30,892 nt of DNA from Atopobiaceae bacterium (lineage in GTDB: Bacteria > Actinomycetota > Coriobacteriia > Coriobacteriales > Atopobiaceae), in NCBI GenBank assembly GCA_017510875.1, contig JAFWLX010000169.1, positions 1 through 30,892 of the forward strand. The letters are read 5' to 3'. The notes beneath the pieces were generated by a model that was not told the origin of the DNA, searched no databases, and saw nothing but the letters and a program-made list of their open reading frames with translations. Shown here piece by piece: positions 17,805-26,021 of this stretch. Every line of letters starts with the position of its first letter. Position 1 is the stretch's first letter. The translations under genes and the position numbers were made by a program.

Positions 17805-17881
17805 GGTAAAAAAGCACGCCATTTTGTCTCGAGTGCCGGGAATCAAAGCGACCATGAGCAAGTACTGCACGGGCGAGCACG

Positions 17882-17917
17882 AAAAACGCCCCGCCGGACA
17901 AGCCAGCAGGGCGTTTG
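17882..17917 (-). terminator. Intrinsic terminator of rplM-rpsI
   Basis: On the minus strand: AAACGCCCTGCTGGCTTGTCCGGCGGGGCGTTTTTC, a stem followed by a U-tract, 20 nt after the rpsI stop. Confidence 0.8.
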
Positions 17918-17936
17918 AGAGCATATGGGACAAACG

Positions 17937-18332
17937 TTAGCGCTTGGAGAACTGCGGACGCTTGCGGGCCTTCTTCAGACCGTACTTCTTGCGCTCGACG
18001 GCGCGGGAGTCGCGGGTGAGGTAACCGGCCTTCTTGAGATCGGTACGGTAGTCGCCAGCCTCGAGGAGGGCACGGGCAATGCCCAGACGCAGAGCGCCAG
18101 CCTGACCGTTGATGCCGCCGCCCTTGCAGTTGGCGAGCACGTCAAAGCGGGCGTCGGTGTCGGTAGCGCGCAGCGGCGCGGTGGCGTTGTCAACAAGCTG
18201 CTGACGGCCAAAGTAATCGGCAGCGTCACGGCCGTTGACGACGACCTTGCCGGTGCCGGGGACGAGACGGACGCGAGCAACGGCCTCCTTGCGACGGCCG
18301 GTACCCATGTAGACTGCGGTGTTGTCAGCCAT
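17937..18332 (-). CDS. rpsI: 30S ribosomal protein S9
   Basis: [22 protein letters not shown] and C-terminal [19 protein letters not shown]. Confidence 0.99.
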   Translation of the reverse strand: MADNTAVYMGTGRRKEAVARVRLVPGTGKVVVNGRDAADYFGRQQLVDNATAPLRATDTDARFDVLANCKGGGINGQAGALRLGIARALLEAGDYRTDLKKAGYLTRDSRAVERKKYGLKKARKRPQFSKR

Positions 18333-18335
18333 CGG

Positions 18336-18776
18336 TTACGCCTCCATTTCAATCTTGACGGGGTTCTGGGCCGCATGCGGATGCTCGGGGCCAGCGTAGA
18401 CCTTGAGCTTCATGCCCTGCTTGCGACCAAGGGTGTTGTGGGGAAGCATGCCCTTGACGGCGTGCTCGACAACCCACTCGGGCTTTTTGGCCATGGCATC
18501 CTTGAAGGACTCGGTCTTGAGTCCGCCCAGGTAGCCAGAGTGACGCCAGTAGAACTTGGCGTCGGCCTTGTTGCCGGTAAGCACAACCTTGTCGGCGTTG
18601 ACGATGACCACAAAGTCGCCGGTGTCGGTGTGCGGGGTGTACTGGGGCTTGTTCTTGCCGCGCAGAATCATGGCTGCCTTGGTGGCAAGGCGACCAAGCG
18701 TGACGCCATCAGCGTCGATGAGCACCCACTTGCGCTCGACCTCGCCGGGCTTGGCGTAATGAGTCGACTTCTTCAC
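18336..18776 (-). CDS. rplM: 50S ribosomal protein L13
   Basis: [33 protein letters not shown] and [24 protein letters not shown] then GTG at 18776. Confidence 0.99.
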   Translation of the reverse strand: MKKSTHYAKPGEVERKWVLIDADGVTLGRLATKAAMILRGKNKPQYTPHTDTGDFVVIVNADKVVLTGNKADAKFYWRHSGYLGGLKTESFKDAMAKKPEWVVEHAVKGMLPHNTLGRKQGMKLKVYAGPEHPHAAQNPVKIEMEA

Positions 18777-18804
18777 TTGACTCCTCCATACGTGCGTACG
18801 ATGT

Positions 18805-18870
18805 ACGCCAACCCCTGGACTGGTTGGCGTGTGCTTGTTCTTGTCAGAGAGTACGGGGCTCTGCAAAAGA
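18805..18870 (-). promoter_or_regulatory. Possible rplM leader structure (L13 autoregulation)
   Basis: Minus-strand hairpin ACGCCAAC-CAGTCCAGGG-GTTGGCGT and a GCCCCG tract in the 5' UTR. A TACACT -10-like hexamer lies upstream. Not matched to a covariance model. Confidence 0.3.
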
Positions 18871-18911
18871 AGCCTTAAAAGTGTACAGCATCTTTGGGCT
18901 TGGAGCACGCA

Positions 18912-19816
18912 CTACTTTTGCGCATCACAGGCAGAGCAAAACTTGCTCAGCTGGTCGAGCTTTTCTGTGGCTGCCTGTCGACCTTGAAGGTACAGGGTCA
19001 GCAGCTTCTCGCCATCTGATCCAGTGCTGCCCACATCAACGGGCCGAGGCGGCTCGAGCACAATGACCCTCCCCTGCTCCTCAAGTTCGAACAGCTGGCG
19101 CCTGCTTTCGTTGTAGCGATCGGCTCTAGTGGTAAGCGCCTCGATATAGTACGGATAGCCATCGTAGCGACGCGAGCGCAGGTACATCTGCTCGGTCTTG
19201 TTTGTCTTGACATATCCGCGTTCGCGCGTGAGCACAACCACAGCCGTATCCGCAGGGGTATGGCCAGCCACACGAGGAGCCCCAGGAAGCCCTAAGGCCA
19301 CAGCATAGGGAATGGAGTCGGAGGTTCCCCCATCAAGATATAGGTGGCCATTGACCTCAACGCGATTTGAGACCATGGGAAGCGACGCCGACGCCCGCAC
19401 CTTTATCACGTCATCGGGAAGGCTCGTGCAAGGGAGATACGCCGCAGTACCAAACAGAGTATCGGTTGCCACTGCATACATACGCAGGGGGTTAGCGTTG
19501 AAGGTCTCGTTGTCGCAGGGGTCTATATGGTTCTGGATTTCCTCGTACATGAAGTCGGCCCCCGCAATGTTGCCGGTGTTGCCCATGACCACAACGACAT
19601 GAAGCGCTTGTCATCGCGAAAGGCCAGGACAACGCGCATGCTACGGCCAATCTGTCTGCTCTTGTACGAAACTGCGTTAATGGCCCCGGCTGACACGCCC
19701 CAAACGCTATCAAAACCGTAGATACCCTGCTCCTGCATGACATCAAGCACGCCGGCAGTAAAGATGCCCCTAAAGCCGCCGCCCTCAAGAACAAGTGCCG
19801 CGCTGCCGTCCACCAT
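18912..19816 (-). pseudogene. Patatin-like phospholipase, frameshifted near 19580
   Basis: GGGFRG and GVSAG lie in ORF 19523..19855; DGG (YLDGGTSD) lies in ORF 18912..19592. Adding one base in TGGGCAACACCGGC joins the frames as ...WAT-TGNIAG... Confidence 0.8.
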
Positions 19817-20076
19817 GTGTCCCTTCGTCGTTTCCGTTACGGTTGCCCGTATCATACCAGTAGGGAACCATGTGCCCGTTCGGGCCTTCTTGGCATTTTG
19901 CGAGTCGCGTGCATAGCTCCTCTTCTCCTACCAGAGCGACCATCGCTGACCGCAAATGTGCTGGTAGCACCTTTTGCCGTCTTGACTCTGGCAATCGGTT
20001 CTTGCCTAGGCAAAAGGTGGTAAGCTGCAACAAACCGTCGCAAAGGGCGACGACACAAAAGAGAGAGGATCACGCC

Positions 20077-20217
20077 ATGGCAGAGGAGACCACCTATACG
20101 TTCCGTTGCACCGTCTGTGGCTGGGAAGTCACCGTTGACACCCCCGAGCTTCCCGAAGACTTCGTCTGCGAAGTGTGCGGCGTTGGCCCCGAGATGTTTG
20201 AGCTCGTAGAAGAGTAA
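20077..20217 (+). CDS. Short rubredoxin-like protein (46 aa)
   Basis: MAEETTYTFRCTVCGWEVTVDTPELPEDFVCEVCGVGPEMFELVEE has two CxxCG motifs. GAGAGGA RBS before ATG at 20077. Confidence 0.88.
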   Translation: MAEETTYTFRCTVCGWEVTVDTPELPEDFVCEVCGVGPEMFELVEE

Positions 20218-20229
20218 CGCAACAGACCT

Positions 20230-20371
20230 AGAGCCCTCCCTGCGCCATGGTGCGGATTAGGCAACCTGTCCCATGGCGCAGGGAGGGCTCTGTTGCCTCC
20301 TCGCGAGGCTGCCAGCTACAGCTGGGCTGGGCTGGACGTTTTTGCACCCCGTCTGTAGCTGGTAGCCTTGC
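20230..20371. other. Two long tandem hairpins between rubredoxin and tmRNA
   Basis: A perfect 21-bp stem (20230-20250/20271-20291) and a 19-bp stem (20303-20321/20353-20371) whose two mismatches are G-U pairs on the plus strand. Confidence 0.7.
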
Positions 20372-20518
20372 AAACGGTGGTTGTGATTTGAGAGACATCC
20401 AACTTGTAGGGTTTGTTTTGTCACGAGTACTAATGTGCCCCGCGTTGGGTAGAATCTCTCATGTGTTCTTTGACAGGTGCATGGTGGACAGCTTTCACGC
20501 CTCATCCACGCACCCTTT

Positions 20519-20883
20519 GGGGGTGACTGGTTTCGACAGGGTGGTTCTGAGGTGGGCAGCAGGCCGTGGTCTCCTCGCCACGTTAAACAGGGGTACCGTC
20601 AAATTGAATTGACAACAAGAAGTCTTTTGAGCCTATGGCTCTCGCCGCTTAATTAACAGCTGGCGCGTCTAACCGTAAATTTCTCTCGTTTCCGGGGTGA
20701 CGTCATTTTAGGGAGATGCTCTTGCGGACGTAGCTGGTATGCCGCAGGAAAAGACCGAACCCGCTAGAACACCGAGTGTGAGTCGTCGCACGTGACGTGT
20801 TTGAACCTCAATCGACGACTGAGCCTGGAGACACCTGCCAGGGTGCTGCTTTGGACCGGAGTTCGATTCTCCGCACCTCCACC
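20519..20883 (+). ncRNA. ssrA: tmRNA; tag peptide (A)DNKKSFEPMALAA encoded at 20611-20652
   Basis: 5' GGGGGTGACTGGTTTCGAC; 3' T-arm CGGAGTTCGATTCTCCG then CACCTCCACC. The acceptor stem GGGGGTG/CACCTCC has the G3-U Ala determinant. The tag ORF ends in ALAA*. Confidence 0.95.
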
Positions 20884-20945
20884 TGCGTACGAAGAGTCGA
20901 ACTATCCTTCTTCGGAAGGACCAAGTTCGCTCTAACCTATAGATT

Positions 20946-20980
20946 GGGAGCCGACTAGCTCGGCTCCCTTTCTTTTTTAT
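20946..20980 (+). terminator. Intrinsic terminator after ssrA
   Basis: GGGAGCCGA-CTAGC-TCGGCTCCC followed by TTTCTTTTTT. A cUUCGg-capped hairpin at 20894-20932 precedes it. Confidence 0.85.
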
Positions 20981-21095
20981 ACGCATGCCTCCTACGGGCC
21001 GAATGGCTCTTTGCAGACACTAGAGTCCTTGCATTGACATTCCTCTCGGCAATACCGGCTGGAGGCTTGTAGATGCTCCCTTGTCTCAAAAGACT

Positions 21096-21398
21096 CTATT
21101 CGAATGCCGAGCTGAACTCCCTTGCGTCGTACTTGCATCCCCTGGCCTTGCATCCAACCAGTACTTCGCCTGAGCGTGGCTTTACGGTTAGGTAGTTCAG
21201 CTCATCCCTCAGCGAGCCCGTGTAGTAGCTCAGCGTTCTTGGGTCGGTGTTTCCACAGGAGGGGCATGCGGTAGCGGGGCCGTATTCTTTGGAGGCCCCA
21301 CAATACATGCAGAGGTAGTATCCCTCCCTGTCTCGCATCCTGCACTCGCGGCTGTCGATTATTCGGTGGCAGTTCAGGCAGTAGTGGATGTCACGCAT
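21096..21398 (-). CDS. Small Cys-rich putative zinc-ribbon protein (about 100 aa)
   Basis: CLNC, CMYC, CPSC and CKARGC motifs. RBS is weak, so the start is uncertain. Confidence 0.55.
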   Translation of the reverse strand: MRDIHYCLNCHRIIDSRECRMRDREGYYLCMYCGASKEYGPATACPSCGNTDPRTLSYYTGSLRDELNYLTVKPRSGEVLVGCKARGCKYDAREFSSAFE

Positions 21399-21401
21399 AC
21401 C

Positions 21402-21755
21402 AGCAGCTTTGTTTCCTGTGCCTGTCTGTCGGGATCGGTCTGGTACGAGGGTTGGATCGAGCACCTGCGCGAGCTCAATCTGAGCCTTGACGGCCGCTAC
21501 GCCTACCTCTCGCTGGGAACCAAGGAGCGCAGGGCGGCCCGCCCCATTCTCAAGACCGTGCAGGACCGCATGGAGGCGTGCGCTGACATACTACGCGAGG
21601 CGGGAGCCGCCGTCGACTATCGCACGAGTCCGGGCAACCATTTGCAACACATACCCGAGCGCCTGGACGCAGGCCTTACTGCGCTTGACTCCCATCTTGC
21701 GCGACTGGATGCGATACCGACCTCACACGTTGTCGAAGGGGGTCACCAGTCATAG
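21402..21755 (+). pseudogene. 5'-truncated alpha/beta-hydrolase (putative esterase) C-terminal fragment
   Basis: ACLSGSVWYEGW...YLSLGTKE...PGNHLQ matches the post-nucleophile half of small esterases. No GxSxG, RBS or plausible N-terminus upstream. Confidence 0.55.
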
Positions 21756-21817
21756 TGTCGGGTGCATCAAGTAGGATGTCTACAGTCTCATTTGTATGAC
21801 CTTGGCAAGGAGGACCT

Positions 21818-22711
21818 ATGAGCACGCAAGAAGCACCATCCCAAACACCACTCATTCCAAGCGACCGCGTCGACGAACTCGCTCAACTCATCAAGGACTC
21901 AAGCGTCACACCCATGTTTGCGCTCAAAATCAATGAGGAATGCACCACCTCGCTTACCAGCACCAAGTTGGGCGGGCTCCCCTACTGGCCGCAAGGCATG
22001 GATTATCCCACGACAAAGAAGGGTATCAAGCTCATGCTTCTTGCCCAGCTTAATCTTGGCGACTTTGGCGATTGCGATATGTTTCCCGGCACAGGTCTAC
22101 TGCAGTTCTTTGTGGATTCTGATGACGACTGCTCGGGCATGGACTTTGACGATGGGACAAACCAAAACGGCTTCAGGGTAATCTGGCACAAGGACATCGA
22201 CCCAACCATCACCGAGGAAGACGTTCGCTCTTTGGAGATCCCCACTTCATTCGACTCTTGGGATGACTTCTTGGGCAACCCGTTGCGCGGCGAGTACGCA
22301 CTTGACATCAACAAGACCACTGGCTGGATCAATCCCGCAACTGATGGCTTTGACGAGGCATTCCTTGCCTGTGCCAAACAGCTGCTGGGCGAAGAATACG
22401 TAGCAGGGCGCGACGACTGGTACGACTGCCTCGCGCGGCCCGACAGCGACAAGATCTTTGACCTGTTCAATTTGGAAGGGCCGCAGCACCAGGTGTTTGG
22501 CTATCCCTTCTTCACGCAGACCGACCCACGCTCCTATACCGAGAGCCTTCGCGACCTTGACACGCTGTTGCTGCAGATTGACTCTGACGGCACCAAGGAA
22601 GGCGACCGCGTGCTCTGGGGCGACGTGGGCATTGGCAACTTCTTCATCAGCAAAGAGGCCTTACGCCGCGGCGACTTCTCCCGCGTCCTGTTCAATTGGG
22701 ACTGCTACTGA
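21818..22711 (+). CDS. YwqG/DUF1963 family protein
   Basis: STKLGGLPYWP, LAQLN, GLLQFF, HQVFGYPFFTQTDPR, LLLQIDS and WGDVGIGNFFI...DFSRVLFNWDC. AAGGAGG RBS. Confidence 0.85.
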   Translation: MSTQEAPSQTPLIPSDRVDELAQLIKDSSVTPMFALKINEECTTSLTSTKLGGLPYWPQGMDYPTTKKGIKLMLLAQLNLGDFGDCDMFPGTGLLQFFVDSDDDCSGMDFDDGTNQNGFRVIWHKDIDPTITEEDVRSLEIPTSFDSWDDFLGNPLRGEYALDINKTTGWINPATDGFDEAFLACAKQLLGEEYVAGRDDWYDCLARPDSDKIFDLFNLEGPQHQVFGYPFFTQTDPRSYTESLRDLDTLLLQIDSDGTKEGDRVLWGDVGIGNFFISKEALRRGDFSRVLFNWDCY

Positions 22712-22788
22712 TCGCACTTTCCAACCATAACGGGCCATCGCTAAGGTGACAGTCCTTAGCGATGGCCCAAGCTCTTGGCAAAATCGAA

Positions 22789-23565
22789 CTACGCCAGCCC
22801 ACGCACAAACTTTTGGACGGCAACGCACACCTGATCAAGATGGCGATGATAGCCATGGTCATCGCCATCGATGAGCGCCAGGTGTGCATTTTCGTATTTC
22901 CGTGCCGTCTCGATGGAGTCGCGGGCGGGAACCCCCTCGTCGGCCGTGCCATGCACCAAGAGCACGGGGCCGTGATAGCCTGCAATGGCATCATCCACAT
23001 CAATGTGCTGCGCAATGCGGAAGTAGTCGCCACAGAAGCTGGGGCCTTCGGTTCCCCCATCGGCCAGGTCGGGATTGCCAAAGTACAGCCGGTCGGGCAC
23101 ATGCGTAGGGTCGAAGGTAACCCCAAACATATTGCCTGCGCGGGCGGCATCGACAATCACGATGGCTGGTGACATGGGGATGATGGCCGCCAGGTCATCC
23201 TTGCGCAACGCAGCGACCAGCATGGTCAGCAGGCCACCCTGCGAATGCCCACACAGGTAAATCTGAGACACGAAGGGAAGGCCCTTTACGTAGTCGATAA
23301 CATCCAGCATGTTGTCAATCCACTTGAGCAGGGTGTGCTTGGCAAACGAGCCGCCGCTCTTGCCGTGGCCATACATCTCAACGCGCAGCGTCGCCACACC
23401 CACTTCGCGCAGTGCTGCCGCAACGGCCACAATGTGGTTCTCTTCCATATGACCTGTCAGGCCATGCTGCACGATGCAAAGCGGGCAACGGTCGGATATA
23501 CCCTCTGGCATCTCGAGCTTTGCGTGAATGGGAATGCCGTCACTGTCGATGAAGAACTCCTGCAT
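22789..23565 (-). CDS. Alpha/beta hydrolase (cinnamoyl/feruloyl-esterase-like)
   Basis: QHGLTG oxyanion motif, GHSQGG nucleophile elbow, LVHGTADEGV and GDDHGY. GAGGAGG RBS. Confidence 0.88.
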   Translation of the reverse strand: MQEFFIDSDGIPIHAKLEMPEGISDRCPLCIVQHGLTGHMEENHIVAVAAALREVGVATLRVEMYGHGKSGGSFAKHTLLKWIDNMLDVIDYVKGLPFVSQIYLCGHSQGGLLTMLVAALRKDDLAAIIPMSPAIVIVDAARAGNMFGVTFDPTHVPDRLYFGNPDLADGGTEGPSFCGDYFRIAQHIDVDDAIAGYHGPVLLVHGTADEGVPARDSIETARKYENAHLALIDGDDHGYHRHLDQVCVAVQKFVRGLA

Positions 23566-23737
23566 GGCTGCCTCCTCACAAGTTGCCTGATCACATGGTC
23601 CATAGTATCAGCACCATAGAAGGCAAGCCATCTCCGACACCAGACGCACCACACGGCACGCAGCCGTCCTGCAGGGGCACCGGATGCTATACGATGGTAC
23701 AAAGTCGGCATTTCAGCAGCTCACAGGGGTGGTCGGC

Positions 23738-24382
23738 ATGATTGACAAGATTACGGCAGTTGTCGCGGACATTGACGGCACCATCAACCTCAAGGGTTCA
23801 AAACTCATGCCGGAAACCTTGGCCGCCATCAACCGACTTCACGAACGCGGAATCCTTTTTGGTACGGCGTCCGGCCGTCCCCTTGACCACCGCACCTTTG
23901 ACAAAGCGCACGACTGGGGCCTCAACTTTGAGTTTGACATGGCCATAGGCATGAATGGCGGCGACCTGTGGGACAAGGACCACGAGGGTATCGAGCACAT
24001 CATGCTGCTGAGCAGGGATTTCATTGGCGAGATCTGCGAGTTCATGTGGCCCCTCGACTGCAACGTCATCGTCTATGCAGACGCCTATGACCGCGTTCTC
24101 GTCAAGCGCTACGACGAAAAGCTCGAGAGCAGCGTCATTCGCAACAAGTCGCACGTCGAATACGTCACACCCGAGGTAGGTGATGGCTCTCGCGGACACC
24201 GGCAAGATCGAGGTCCAGTACGACCTGTCAATTGACGACGAGATCATGGCCGTGGTCAATGCGCACCCCTCACCCAACTGGAGCGCCGTGCGCACCTTCC
24301 CTGGCACGGTCGAGTTCATGACACCAGGTCTTGACAAGGGTGTGGCGCTGCGACGCTACTCCAAACGCAATAGCATTCCCCT
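23738..24382 (+). pseudogene. Cof-type HAD-IIB hydrolase, frameshifted by a 4-bp duplication and 3'-truncated
   Basis: VADIDGT, TASGRP, GMNGG and LDKGVAL motifs. AGGT is duplicated at 24174-24181. Motif IV (GDxxND) is missing. Confidence 0.8.
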
Positions 24383-24490
24383 TATGGCATCCCGTGCGAG
24401 GTCATCCCCATGACCGACTACGGAATGGTCAATGGCAAGGCCGTGTTTGCCCTTGCGCAAAAGCTAGCTACCGAGGCGGGACGCATCTAG
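24383..24490 (+). pseudogene. C-terminal remnant of a Lac/Cel-family PTS EIIB
   Basis: YGIPCEVIPMTDYGMVNGKAVFALAQKLATEAGRI* matches the IPVEVI-x-MxDYGMMNG-x-KVL C-terminus of cellobiose-type IIB. Confidence 0.7.
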
Positions 24491-24531
24491 GGCACTGAGC
24501 CAGCATCACGAGGAACCTGATTCTTTATACA

Positions 24532-24571
24532 ACAGAGCCATCCAGCGCACGCACTCACTGGATGGCTCTGT
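24532..24571. terminator. Hairpin between convergent genes (likely rpiB terminator)
   Basis: 14-bp stem ACAGAGCCATCCAG/CTGGATGGCTCTGT with a 12-nt loop. Confidence 0.6.
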
Positions 24572-24610
24572 CACATTCGCCAAGGGATATGAAGCCGGTC
24601 TGGCCAGACA

Positions 24611-25084
24611 TTACTCCTCGGCAGCAGCAAGGTGCTGCGTCTTCTGGATCTCGTCAATCATGTCGATGCGTACCTGGTGACGTCCGCCCTCGTACTCGCC
24701 ACCAAGCCATGCGTCAACGATGTCCTTGGCGGTCTCGATGCCAATGACGCGTGCGCCAAAGGCGACGATGTTGGTGTTGTTGTGCTGGCGCGAAAGCCGT
24801 GCCGAATAAGGCTCGGAGCACACCACAGCGCGAATGCCCTCGACCTTGTTGGCAGACAGGCTAATGCCCACGCCCGTGCCGCAGATCAGGATGCCGCCGT
24901 CAACCTCGCCGTCAGCGACCATGCGGGCAACCTTATATCCGCTGATAGGATAGTTGAAGCGCTCGGGACTGTCGGTTCCCACGTTGATGACCTCGATGCC
25001 CTTTTCCTGCACGTAGGCCATGATCTCGCTCTTCATATCGATTGCGGTGTGGTCGTTGCCGATTGCCAGCTTCTTGAATGCCAT
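24611..25084 (-). CDS. rpiB: Ribose-5-phosphate isomerase B (RpiB/LacAB family)
   Basis: IGNDH, LICGTGVGIS, ANKVEGIRA, SRQHNNTN, FGARVIG and GGRHQVR. AAGGGA RBS before ATG at 25084. Confidence 0.95.
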   Translation of the reverse strand: MAFKKLAIGNDHTAIDMKSEIMAYVQEKGIEVINVGTDSPERFNYPISGYKVARMVADGEVDGGILICGTGVGISLSANKVEGIRAVVCSEPYSARLSRQHNNTNIVAFGARVIGIETAKDIVDAWLGGEYEGGRHQVRIDMIDEIQKTQHLAAAEE

Positions 25085-25175
25085 GGTGGTACGTCCCTTC
25101 CTTTTGATGTGCCTGTTCTTAACTTGAAATGACCAGCTGGGCTCCGTGACTCGACGTCGCCGCCCAGCGCCTGAC

Positions 25176-25838
25176 CTAGAGTGCGCGAAGCTCAGCCATG
25201 CTCTGCGCGTAAGGGCCGTGTCCAAAGAGGCCGGCCGTACCCAACACAAACCCCTGCACGCCCATCTTGGAGGCCTGCGCGATGCGCTCGGGACTGCAGT
25301 TGCCGTCAACCAGCACCTTGTAATGATTGCCGCCGACGTTGCTTGCCTCGACCAGCTGCTCGATCTTGGGGTTGACAAAGTCGAGCCAACTCTGACCGGC
25401 AAAGCCTGGGTTGACGGTCATGACTAGCACGTCATCGCAAAGAGGCAGAATCGTCTCGACGGCCGCAAAGCTCGTACCAGGGTTGATGGCGATACCGGCC
25501 TTGACACCGAGAGCCGAGATCATGGCCAGCGTGCGTGCAATGTGCTGGTCCGCCTCGGGATGCACATAGATGACGCGCACTCCAAGGTCGGCAAACTTCT
25601 GAATGTATCGACCAGGCTGCTCGACCATCATGTGCACGTCACAGGGGACGTGCGCGTTCTTGCTGATCCACTCGATGTCCTGCAGTCCCATGCCGTAGTT
25701 GGGCACGAAGGTGCCGTCCATCAGATCGAGATGGAACCCGTCGGCCCCCGCCTCCTCAAGAGCTGCTACGTCGTCAGCAAGGCGACCGAAGTCCGCGCAC
25801 ATCATTGAAGGGAGGAGGAGTTTGTCTGCCGTGTTCAT
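25176..25838 (-). CDS. Ribulose-phosphate 3-epimerase family protein, AlsE-like
   Basis: PSMMCADF, HLDLMDGTFVPN, DVHMM, VMTVNPGFAGQ and LVDG motifs. Confidence 0.9.
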   Translation of the reverse strand: MNTADKLLLPSMMCADFGRLADDVAALEEAGADGFHLDLMDGTFVPNYGMGLQDIEWISKNAHVPCDVHMMVEQPGRYIQKFADLGVRVIYVHPEADQHIARTLAMISALGVKAGIAINPGTSFAAVETILPLCDDVLVMTVNPGFAGQSWLDFVNPKIEQLVEASNVGGNHYKVLVDGNCSPERIAQASKMGVQGFVLGTAGLFGHGPYAQSMAELRAL

Positions 25839-25889
25839 GTGACTGCCTTTCTCTGCTTTCCAGCACCGAGGTTCTTGTTGACCTGATAA

Positions 25890-25955
25890 TAAAACGGTTA
25901 ATCTCGTTAGTTAACCGTTTTTGCTCTGTTCATAAGTTCAACATAAATCGGTTAA
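25890..25955. promoter_or_regulatory. Three LacI-type operator candidates in the divergent promoter
   Basis: TAAAACGGTTAA (25890-25901), TTAACCGTTTTT (25911-25922) and TAAATCGGTTAA (25944-25955) fit TWAAN-CG-NTTWA with the central CG typical of LacI operators; the middle copy has one mismatch. Confidence 0.65.
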
Positions 25956-26021
25956 TCCCTTTGTTAACCCTACCCCATCACTGCATAATGGACTCACGGC
26001 GTACAAAGGATGGCGGTTGGC

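Noticed and set aside
20025-20070. c-di-GMP-I riboswitch upstream of rubredoxin (CAAACC...GCAA...GAC)
   Set aside because: Only superficial similarity; the GAAA tetraloop/receptor and second stem could not be built. An Infernal search would settle it.
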